Shown piece by piece: positions 34,020-44,171 of a stretch of DNA of 64,000 nucleotides; within the stretch, counting starts at the first letter, position 1; every line of letters starts with the position of its first letter. The DNA is taken from positions 3,038,011 to 3,102,010 of the forward strand of contig MU054117.1 in assembly GCA_013239625.1 (NCBI GenBank), read 5' to 3'. The notes beneath the pieces are model-generated. The model was not told the DNA's origin, made no database searches, and saw only the letters and a list, made by a program, of their open reading frames with translations. The position numbers and the translations under genes are program-made. The DNA comes from Lama guanicoe. Its lineage: Eukaryota.

Positions 34020-34165
34020 ACACAGACTTGGGTACGTTTCTTAATCCCACAAACCTCAATTTCTTCATCTCTAAAGTGGGATTGTGGTTACATTTATCTC
34101 ATAAGGTTGCTGTGAGGATTGAAGGAGATGTGATGTTTGTGAAGCAACCAGCAGAACATCCAGCA
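34020..34165 (+). mobile_element. MIR SINE fragment
   Basis: 'cctcaatttcttcatctctaaagtggg...tctcataaggttgctgtgaggattgaaggagatg'. Confidence 0.75.
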
Positions 34166-34619
34166 GATGATCAGGAACCTGCTCTGGACTCCTTAGCATG
34201 AAAAGCACAGAAATGACTCCTCACGGTTCCTCTGAAGCATCCACCAGTTGCTCTGGAAGCTTCTGGAATCAGGAGTCTATAGTCCCTCTCCCTGGGGAGG
34301 ATGCTTTGCTGGAGAGGAGGAGGGGAAGGGCAGCTTCCCTCTTGCTCTCTCAGGAGTTGGGATCTCTCCCATACTAAAAAAAAAAAAAACCCCAAATTTA
34401 GGACAATGGAATGTGGAACTCCCCAGGGACCACATTAACTCTGTTCCCAATGGACGATTTCAGGGAAGAAACAAGACCCGTTTCGTTTTATTATTTCTGC
34501 CCTAAATCCACCCTTGACGTCATCTTTCTGGGTTTCTCTCCTCCTCAGTCCAAATCTCCTCCATCCTGCTTCCCAGAAGAAGCGTTCAGCTCTTCCTCCA
34601 GGCAGCCCTGAGACCAGAG

Positions 34620-35660
34620 GCTGGAAGCCAACCCCCGCGACCAGAAGCAAGCCCCGCTCCAGCGGTGGCGTCAGGCGGGGAGGAGCGCGGGACTGGGGAA
34701 AGGAGAGGACGACGGAGGGGAAACGAGACTTGGAGAAGGGATTTTAGGAGATGAGGGAGGAGGCATGTTAGGAGCCGTGTGTCTGTGAGAGGAGGGTCTT
34801 GGGGGAAGATGTGGACGGAAACAGAGATGGAGGAGAGGGGTCTGAAGGACACCCGAGGGCAAAGCGGGGTAAGGAGGGAGTCGGAGGAGGGTTCCCCAGA
34901 CGTGCTGGGGTCCTGGGAGGCTCCTCCCCTGCCTTCCCACGCCTTCCTCTGCCTGAGTCCACCTTCCAGATGCTCTTCTTCACCCTCTTCTCTCTTAGTT
35001 CAGCCCAGGTTCTCTCCCTGGAGGGGACACAGCCTCCTGACCAATCGGTCCCCTCCCACCCCCATACCCCTGCCCCATGCATGCATCTCACACCCCCAGA
35101 GACCTCTCTTTGATCTGATCCTGCCCCCGGCCCCCACCCTCAAGCCCCGCGGTGGAGCCCAGCTCTGAGCCCCTCATTGTGGCGTCTGGCCTTTCGTGGT
35201 CTGGCCCCTGCGACCTCCCCGCCTCACCTCTGTCCATCCTCCGCTCCAGCCTCTCCAGGGAACCGGTCAACCCGAGCCTGCCTGGCCTCCTCGTCGGTTC
35301 TGGGTCGACCCGGCTCCCACTCCGTCCTTTCTCTGCGGGGCTAACGTCGGGGTTTTTGAGCATGCGCGGTATTCCCTGCTTCCCGGCTGTTACCGCTCCC
35401 CCCTGCTCAACGCGCCCCCAGCTCCACGCATCCAAATCTCTCGGCCACCCCGTCCCCGAAGCTGACCCAGGCGCACTTGCACTTACCTCTGATTCAGAGC
35501 TCACTCAGCACCAGGCTGATGCTTGAGGATGGAGATGCCACCTTATTAGCATCGAGAACCGTGTCTGGAAGGAGTTCCACCCTGACTGCGTGAATGCGCG
35601 GCTGGACGGACGCTCACGTGGTGCGAAGAAGAGGGGGTCGGGGGGATCCGGGAAAGGAAG
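34620..35660. promoter_or_regulatory. GC/CpG-rich orphan island-like region
   Basis: No recognisable repeat, GC-rich, with CpG clusters at about 34635-34715 and 35120-35640. GC-box-like GGCGGGG, CCAAT at 35041, E-box CACGTG near 35615. Confidence 0.45.
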
Positions 35661-36265
35661 GAGGTTTGGTGAGGAAAAGTACGAGAAAATACAGACAAGA
35701 AGACGAAGTGTTTGGGTAAAAGAAACACATTTATTTTTGCGGGAGCTGGTAACTCCTATTTTAGGGGAGGCAAGTCCTACATCCAAGCATGTAGGCCCTT
35801 TCTGCTGCATCTGAAGGAACAATGAGGGGGTGGGAGGGGGTAGGGGTCCCAGACCTTACAACCAGCACCACTCAGGAATCGTCTGCCTACCCCTTCGGGC
35901 CTCACTCCCTGGGCCTCCGGATCCTGACTTCCTTCCTTGGGTGCTGTCTCTGCCCCTGCCTCTCCCCTTGGCTGCACCCCCAAACCATCACCCACCTCCA
36001 GGGACAAGCTCCCCCTAGTCTTCTCTCTTGCTCAGTGTCTTTATCCTCTTCCTCCATCTCCACCTGCTTTATTTCACGTGCTCACCACTCCCTCATCCCA
36101 GCTTTCCCAGTTCATCACTTTCTCCGCCCTGGGAGCTCACCTTATCCATCCGTTTCCCCAAATCCCCCACTTTCTCCATACCGCCCCCACTTCTCAGCTT
36201 CCTAATGCTACTGAAGACCCTCAGATTCTGTTAAGACAATCAGAACATTTATGGACAATCATTTT

Positions 36266-36385
36266 GGGGCGGGGCAGGTAATTAGATTTCTTCCTTTATT
36301 TTAATGGAGGTACTGGGGATTGAACCCAGGTCCTCATACATGCTAAGCACACGCTCTACCACTGAGCCGTACCCTCCCCACCATC
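36266..36385 (-). mobile_element. tRNA-derived camelid SINE (vic-1-like) with perfect 12-bp TSD
   Basis: Antisense SINE body. TSD GACAATCATTTT at 36254-36265 and 36386-36397. Confidence 0.88.
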
Positions 36386-36594
36386 GACAATCATTTTTTA
36401 ACATCTCCAAGGCGCTCAGTTGCGTCTGCCGAAGACACTGCTTTACTGGACACCTTGAACGCTGCGAGGCCTGGCCCACAGCTGCAAATGAATGTCTCTA
36501 CTTGTTGAGGGTCAGTTACTCATGGAAGAGGTAATGGGGGACCAGTTCAAGGGACCCCATTCCCCCTCCGCAGCCACCTCCGCTCCTCTCTCCT

Positions 36595-37360
36595 TTGGTG
36601 CAAATGCCCATCTACAGGGCTATGCACCACAGTTTATTTTTATCTGTTTATTTTGCAATTAACAAAGAGAAGGCGCCTCCTTTTGATGTGTTGGTTCAGG
36701 GGTTCAAAGGGCCTGGCTACCTTGACCCTTCTACGAGCCTCCGACGTCGCGGTGTGGCGGCCCAACTGGGAAAGATTTATACTTATTTTTCTATAATGGA
36801 AAACTCATTGCCGGACATCGAGTTACTCACTTTGATTTGTTTTCTTTGGAAGAAGCGGCCGGCGGCGGCGGCAGCGCCCCAAGCTGGGTCATTAACATGG
36901 TAGCAACAGCAACAAAGACCTTTACAGCCGCTGCCTGTAAACCGTGGATAAAGTTCAAGCATTTATTCTGTTTGAGGCCTCCCAGTGTCTATAAAAGCCC
37001 AGCACGATTATATGATCAGTGTCAAGACCCACTCTCCCCCTTTGTGCTCCGGGACGCGTTTCCTTGCCCTGTCCCTCCGTGTTGCCGCCGCAGCTGCTCT
37101 GGCTCTAATAGCAACCCCGGCGCACACTATTGGAGTGCTCCTCGGCCTTTGTTTTAAACATGGTTTCTGCTTGTGTTAACTACCGCCTGGCTCTCCGACA
37201 CCCGTGAATGGGGCTGTGCGGGGCTGTCAATCAGCGGCAATAATAATGCCATCTGGGTCTGAATAATACTAATGAGAAGAAGAAGAAGAGGGACCCTGTG
37301 CGTTAACACAGCACCTTTGTCCCAGAAGCTCCGAGGGCGTTTGGATAATAATTCATTCAC
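36595..37360. promoter_or_regulatory. Candidate conserved enhancer block
   Basis: No recognisable repeat. FOX TGTTTAT, SOX AACAAAG 36661 and 36911, TCF/LEF CTTTGAT 36830 and TTCAAAG 36703, DR1-like GGTTCAAAGGGCC 36701-36713, RFX half-site TAGCAAC 36901, TATAAAAG 36990-36997, with CpG retention. Confidence 0.5.
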
Positions 37361-37940
37361 GCTCGGAGCGCTGCTGGGCGGGAGATATTATGATTCCACT
37401 GCGGGAGACTGAGACACAGAGAGGGCAAGTGACTGGCCCCAAGGTCACACAGCAAGTCAGGGGTGGCCTAAAACTTAGTGGCTGCGAGTCCCCCAAAGGA
37501 CCGGCCCTGCGGGGCCACATTGGTGTATAACTCTGTGCCTCTGTTTTCAAACTCGGGCTACAAGACCTAGTTTTTCTACACCTTATGGGATGAAGTAAAA
37601 GAAGGAATGGAAAGAATGTTCTAGGGTGGAGGAGACCTCACAGATTCTCCATGTTGTGGGAGAGCTCATCCAGGCTGGGAGTGGGGGCAGGGAGTGAAGG
37701 GATGCAAATGTGCTCCTCTGAGACAGAGGCAGCTGGGATTTCCAAGGAGCAGGAGGATAGCAGAGAGATGTTAAAGTGGGGTGGATAAAGAGAAAGAGCG
37801 CGCCCCCACGTAGGTGAGAAAGTGAGCTCATCACAGAGCCAAAAAGCTCACGGAGGCCAAATGAGGGGCGGCCGCCAGGCAGAAGGCAGGTACGGCTGGA
37901 GACGCTAAGAACCTCCTAGTTATGTTCAAAACTCCATTCT

Positions 37941-38042
37941 GGGGAGGGTGGAGCTCAGTGGTGGAGCATGTGCTTAGCATGCATGAGGTCCTGGGTGCAG
38001 TCCCCAGTGCCTCCATTTAAAAAGAAAAGAAAATGTTGGAAT
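37941..38042 (+). mobile_element. tRNA-derived camelid SINE (vic-1-like, short form) with 13-bp TSD
   Basis: 'ggggagggtggagctcagtggtggagcatgtgcttagcatgcatgaggtcctgggtgcagtccccagtgcctcc' plus A tail. TSD AAAACTCCATTCT 37928-37940 and AAAACCCCATTCT 38043-38055. Confidence 0.88.
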
Positions 38043-38159
38043 AAAACCCCATTCTGCACCATGCAGGTCACTCCAAGGTCCTGGGGCCCTCACTCTCCGT
38101 TCTGAACCTCCTTAGTGCATGACAGTTCAAACCTGACCGTCACTTCAAATCGGTAGAAT

Positions 38160-38385
38160 CTTTCCTTACTTCTCTGTGCCTCAGTTTCCACCTCTGTAAA
38201 ACCAGTTAATAACATTGTCACATTGGGTTATCTAGCACTTTGCCATAACTTCTGAATTGATATTCATGATGCCAGTGTCTCTCTGATATCTATTGTTGGG
38301 TTGTGATGAGGATGAAATAAGTTAATGTATAAAATGCTGAGAACAGGGCATGACACAGAGTGGCACCTCGTAAATGTTAGCTATT
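38160..38385 (+). mobile_element. MIR SINE
   Basis: 'cttctctgtgcctcagtttccacctctgtaaaa...gggttgtgatgaggatgaaataagttaatgtataaaatgctgagaacagggcatgacacagag'. Confidence 0.8.
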
Positions 38386-38416
38386 CTTTTCACTGGTGGT
38401 GATGGGATTGCGATTG

Positions 38417-38501
38417 TCATCATCACCATCATCATTATCAACATCATCACCATCGACACCATCATCATCACCACCATCACCACCATCACCACCATCACCA
38501 T
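38417..38501. repeat. Imperfect (CAT/CAC)n trinucleotide repeat
   Basis: Read directly. It produces the spurious Met/Val-rich ORF 38322..38666. Confidence 0.9.
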
Positions 38502-40129
38502 CTTCCCCTGCTTTGCTGCTGTCTTACTCCTGGGCAGATAAGGAATAATACAAGCACCACAAGGGGAGACTCCAACCATGTAAGGACATATAAGGGAACC
38601 ACCCAGGGTTTCTTCCCTTGTCTCTGCTTGTGTTGCTTTCAGGAGCCACGCCCTGAAGAGCAGCACTTTCTTATCATCATATGCTACATGTGTTCATTTT
38701 GTCTCCTCCAACAGACTCTAAACAGCGCCCAGTAACACATCTAACTGCTTTGTTCTCTGCTGCACCCAACTCCACGGGGTGAGCAGTCTTTGCTCAGAAG
38801 GTGCTTGTAAACTCTCCATGATTTCCAGAACACCTGCCCTGTGCTGGGCTCTGAGTTGAGAGGCTCCAAGGGTGAGGGAGGGCTCCTGCCCCGGGAGATA
38901 AACTTCCTTGGTAGAAGAGGTAAGCCACGTGGGGCTAATTCGCAAACCTTAGTGGACCTCAGCATCACATGGAGGGCGTGCTAAAAAGACTGCCTCTAAA
39001 GTGACTTGCAGTGCCCAGCGAAATTTTACTTTTATTCTTTTTCAGTGGAACTACTGAAAGTTTGGAAGAAGAGAAATGGCAGGATCAAAGACACGTCCCA
39101 GAAAACCAACACTGCAATGCTCTAGAGCAGGGAGAAGACCAGGGAGAGGCTGAAGTTGGGAAGTCAGTCCGGGAGGGGCTGTAATGTTCCAGGGAGGAGG
39201 GACAGGTGCTGAATTAGAGAACGAACTGATGAACTGGTTTTTGAAGTCTTCCCAAACCTCTCATCAAATGCTTCCACTCCCGCTTCCCTCCCTCTCCCTC
39301 AGCGAGAGCCTCTCAAGGCTGGAGCTGACACCTTCTGCCCTGTAAGTTCCTTATTTATGGAATCATCCATCCTTTGTTTTTGTCCCTGACCCAGTTTAGA
39401 GACACTGTATCACTAGGACTGCCTCTGAGGCTCTCTAGTTTCCAAGGCGAGCGTTCTTTGGCAATAAACAAACAGATTTATAATTCCTCCCCAGATCTTC
39501 CAGGCTGGAGGTAAGTCCTCCCCATTCTCCATCCCTCCCACCACGTGAGGACTTTGACCTTGTGTGGATTTTGGCTCTTGTTTTCTCTCTTTGTAGACTC
39601 TGAGCTCTTGAGGATGGAGCCCACCTCTGTCCCGTGTTTGAGTTCGCTTTTAGTGTAGCGGCTGACACAGCGCAGGTGCTGGAGAAATCTTTATTGAAAA
39701 TCATTAAGGACAAATTTTATTTAAAGTATCTGATATTCTTCATGTGTTCAAGTATGTCACGCACATCCCAGGTAGATACCTTTGTGAAAGCATCCAGCTT
39801 ACAGGATTTCTCTTTCGAACAGAATTTGTTATTATCCAGAGGAGAAGGCAGCATTTGTACGGTCTGCCTTCAAGAATAAGGAATCATCTCATTAACAGAG
39901 GAGTCTTCACAGAAATGTATGGCTTCCTTCCCCTCTCCCTTCCTCCCCCCTCCCTCCCTCCCTCAGCAGTACGCGATGACTAAGTGTGAGACACCTGTAC
40001 GAGGCCCTGTAGAACCATCACATGATGGCTCCTGCCTTGAAGAAGTTCAAAATCCAGTGAGTGACACACAACTGCTCATCATTTTATTGTATAAACTGAG
40101 TTTTATTTTAGATTAAAATAAGGTGCAAA

Positions 40130-40800
40130 CCACACAGCGCGGCGTGTGGAGGAAGGAGAAGCGGGGCCGCAGGGTGCTGGTCCCAGCACGGGGCGCGCGT
40201 GAGCCAGCTCCGGCTGGAAGGCCGCGTCCTCAGCAGAAGAGGAGGAGGGAAGGCGTTGCTGCGAGGTGTGGGCGGCGGGGCACGGGGAGCCAGAACCACC
40301 TGGGACCTAAATAAGCCACAGTGGGGACGTTGCGTCCTACTCACAGGCGAGGACAGAGACTGAAGCTTCTGGAGCAGTGGCATGCGCCCCGAATGCCCGA
40401 GTGCTGGTCCGGGCGGGCGGCCAGCGCCGGCCCCGGGTCCCGCCGCTGCGGGGTGTGTGCGTTTATCTGGCTTAGGGCTGGATCTGCTTGTCCTTGGAGT
40501 GTTTTCCTTGAGAATCCTCACACCCTCCCCTCTCCTCGCTGTGGGGAAGGTTTGACGCTCAGCCTGAGATTGAGCTACAAGGTCTTTGAACTTTGCCCGT
40601 CTCTCCAGCAGACTGACCACCTCAATGGGCAGAGAGCCCCCGGGCGCCCGCCCCTGCTCTGGCCGCCCAGGCCGCCCAGCCCTCGGTCTGTCGCGGGTTT
40701 TCCTGGAGGGAAACAGCGGACCGGACGCCACATGCTCATGGCTTGAAAAGATTCCATGCTGTCTGCACAAACAGAGCCTGGAGCCTCCGGGAGCAGCCTG
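40130..40800. promoter_or_regulatory. Orphan CpG-rich island
   Basis: Dense CpG (gggcgcgcgt, gggcgggcggccagcgccggccccgggtcccgccgctgcggg) with no recognisable coding exon. Confidence 0.5.
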
Positions 40801-43539
40801 GCCCTCACCTCGCCCTCAGAAAGCCTCCCTTCCCGGCCCCTGCACACAGGCCGGGTGTTGTTGCCCTCACGGCTACACACTGATGCTCTGTGGGGCTGAG
40901 GCTTGGGGTTTCTGCCTTAAAACAAATAAATCTCTGCACCTCCTCTCTGCATGGGACGTGCTTGTCTCAGAGGACTTTCCATCCCAGACAGCCCCGAGCA
41001 GCACAGACAAGAGGATTCTTGGCGGGGAGGTGGGGCCGGCCTCACTGCAGGCACCCTGGCATCACCCGTGAGGTCTGGGAACGGGGTGAGCCGACGTCCA
41101 CCAGCCCCCGATTCACATGATGAATCGTCCCCCATGTACGGACGCCTTTCACACTCCGGCTTCTCTGCCCAGAAAGCTCCTTCCTCCCTGCCCTGCTGGG
41201 CGACTCCTGTTCATTGCTCAGTGCTTAGCTTCAAGGGCGCTTGTCCTGGGAGGGCTTCCCCAGCTCCCGACAGAAGGGTACTGGTGTTCTCCTTCCCTGT
41301 GCCCTTGGCGGTACCTCAGTGATGATGCTGGTGAGACCGACTTATGCCTGTTCGTTAAGATATCATTCCCCCAACTAGACAGGCTACGAGCTGCCTGCGG
41401 GAGGCCCTCGGGGACAGCTGTATAGGTTGCGCACTGCTCAAGCCTCTGGAAAGCCGTTCATGTTGTCATGCAAATATATCCTGCACAGTCCTAACCAGCA
41501 GCTTTGGGGATTGTTAGATCTTATCTTTAGTAGGACCTGGCACACAACAAAAGTTTGTTTTTTCAACCCGAGGTCAGGCCACTGCTCAGATTTTTACTTC
41601 TCCTGCACTGGTCCAATAAAAGAGGGAAGAAACGCTAGCTGGCCCAGCAGCCTGGCCGTGAGAAAGCGTCCGGCTCTCCTTGGAGACAGTGCAGGAGTTA
41701 CAGAGCGAGAAGGGAAGTCGAGCTCCCAGTAAGGTCTTCAGACAGCTAATGGCTAGTCCAGGGATCTCAGAGGCCAGATCAGATCGGGAGGCAGTGACTC
41801 TGTGCAGCGTTAAACTGCGAGGTTTGCGGAGGCAGCACCCAAGCTTGTGGGAAGGAGGTCCCCGCGGATTTGAGGAGTCTGTCCTGGATGGGGGGTGGGA
41901 AACGGAGGCTCGTGTGCCGCATGGCTGTCGTCCCTTCCTGTCTGGCCCTGGGCCAGGGCCAGGCGCTGCATGGTCAGCCAGACTGTGTGAAGGAGTCCCT
42001 GTCCTGTCTTGCCCAGATGTTCGCAGCATCCTGTGAGTGAGTTTTTGCCCCTGTGCCTCAGTTTCCCATCTATGTCATGAGATAGCTTTCTTTTAGGGTT
42101 TTGGAGAAGTGAAGTCAAAGGAAGCTTCTAGTCCCCCCAGTAAAAGAAGACTCTGTGGGAGATGGGGAGGCCTGGAACGCCTTTCAGATCATCTGACTAT
42201 ACAGCACCACCTGCCCCCATCCTCACTCTGAAGCCCACCTTTTTTCCTGCCAGCCCCACCCCCACTGTGTCCTGAGAGGATGAGATGGGCAGGTAGGAAA
42301 GGCAGTTATAATAACAACAACCAGGATTCTTACAGCTTAAACACAGTAGACAGGCACTGGGGGCCGGAAAGGGCCCCGGCAGGCCCTCCACCACCAGAGG
42401 ACGGGCCAGAGGGTCGGGACTGGGACCCCAGGCCCTGGGACCACCTTGCCCTGGCTTGGCTGCGGGTCCTGATACCTGTCAGCGATACCATCGCTTCACT
42501 CACCTCCCCAGCTGCCTTGTCCCCTGAAGGCGGCTGACGATCGCAGGTACTCAGAGGCCTGAGGACTCAGTGAGTTAACAGCCGTGACGTGCTTGGAGCA
42601 GAGCCTGGCTCCCGGGAAGTCTCCGGCGTTACTGTCACTTTTGCAGTTACTGTCACTGTCTCATGCTGCTCTCCCAGCCCAGCGAGGAAGGGACAAGGGG
42701 CTCAGACAACATGACATAAACATTTGGCAATGGACCAGGGCCCTCTGTAGACCTGCCTGACCTGCTCTGTGACCTCCGCCCCGCCCCACCTCCTCCCCAT
42801 CGTTCTAGCCTTCGTGGCATCCACCAAAGCCGCCCTCCCCTCCCGCTACATCACTATTCTCAGGTGGTCGGTGCCTGCGCCAACGGCGACCAAGCGCCCC
42901 CAGCAAGGCCCTCTGCCGGGAACTTCCACACTCACTGTGGTTCTCGGACCCGCTGCTTTGGGCGCCAGCCATTTAATAAAAGATCCTGTGGGCGCCTGTA
43001 CCTGTAAGGTTTACAAAGCCGCTGGATATGCTGTGACATGCTACACTGTTTATATGCTCGTTCCCTTGCTGATTAATCTTTTATCAGATGCTCAGTGGAC
43101 TTTCCAAGAGCAAGATCTTGGAGGAAATGAGAGAGAGGCTCACGCACCCCTAGTGGATTCACCCCCACTGACCCCTGTGTCTGGAATGCCCATTCCTCCC
43201 TCACTTACCCTGCAAAGCCCACTTCATCCTTTCAAGCCCAGTACAGTCATCACCTCCTCCACGAAGCCTTCATGATTAGCCCCCAACCTCCAAGCAGACT
43301 TAGTAGCTTTCTTGTGAACTCTTTTTTCGCTCTATTTAGTAACAGACTTTCTGACATTATGCCACAATTGCTTATTATACTGTGAGCATCCTGAAGGCAA
43401 GAAGGTCCTCATTTGCCTGTGAAGGCCCGGAGCCCGGCCCAGGGCCTGGCACACTGTCGGAGTTCACCGTGTTTGTGGCGAGGGCCTTGGAGCCCTCTGT
43501 ACCTCTTTGGGGCCATGGGTTTTCCAAATTTAAGACTTG

Positions 43540-43770
43540 CTTTCAGGTGTGAAGACCAGGCTGCCAGAGATATTAAAGGCAAATACAGGGGAGGATTTAT
43601 CGACAATTATGGTTATAAAACTCCAGAAAAATGTACCAAAAATTCTAGAATCTTCTTCTTGGGTGAGTTTTACCAGTGAGGGAGGGAGGATGATTTGGTC
43701 ATGATCCATTTGGAGGTGGGGACAGACCAGCTGGCTCCCCGGTGGCCTTCAGCTCTGGGAGTCGTTAAGT
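43540..43770 (+). mobile_element. CR1/L3-like 3' end fragment
   Basis: 'agaatcttcttcttgggtgagtttt...gggacagaccagctggctccccggtggccttcagctctgggagtc' resembles the L3/MIR3 terminus. Heavily decayed. Confidence 0.4.
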
Positions 43771-44124
43771 TGACTTCCAGGCATACGTGGAGGCCCGCGG
43801 GTGAGAGACACTGACTCCCCGCCTCTGCCTCCCCCACGCCCTGTCACCCTGTGGAGGGCGCCCCATCCTGCCTTTCTGCCCAAGTTATCGCCTTCTTTCC
43901 AGCCGGGTGCAGCCCCACCTTCTCTGCAAGGCCTCTTCTGACCAGCCCCGTCCGAAGGGAACTCGCCTTCCTCTGGGTTCTGGGCAGCGTGACGCTTACC
44001 AGGCCTCTCACAGGTTCAGAAATACGTTAGTTGACTTCACAACGGGAAGTTCCTTGGGGAGAAAAATGATTTCTCTTAGGCCCCTTGTTTGCTCCTCAGC
44101 GCGGAGCACAGTTTGGGATACTGA

Positions 44125-44171
44125 TGTGTGTGTGTGTGTGTCTGGAAGTGTGTGTGTGTGTGTGTGTGTGT
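44125..44171. repeat. Interrupted (TG)n microsatellite
   Basis: Read directly. Confidence 0.95.

Noticed and set aside
38322..38666. Met/Val-rich hydrophobic ORF
   Set aside because: Product of the (CAT/CAC)n repeat and a MIR.
40108..40770. 220-aa ORF
   Set aside because: Pro/Arg/Gly-rich, non-ATG start, overlapping ORFs in several frames, in CpG-rich DNA, and no recognisable domain.
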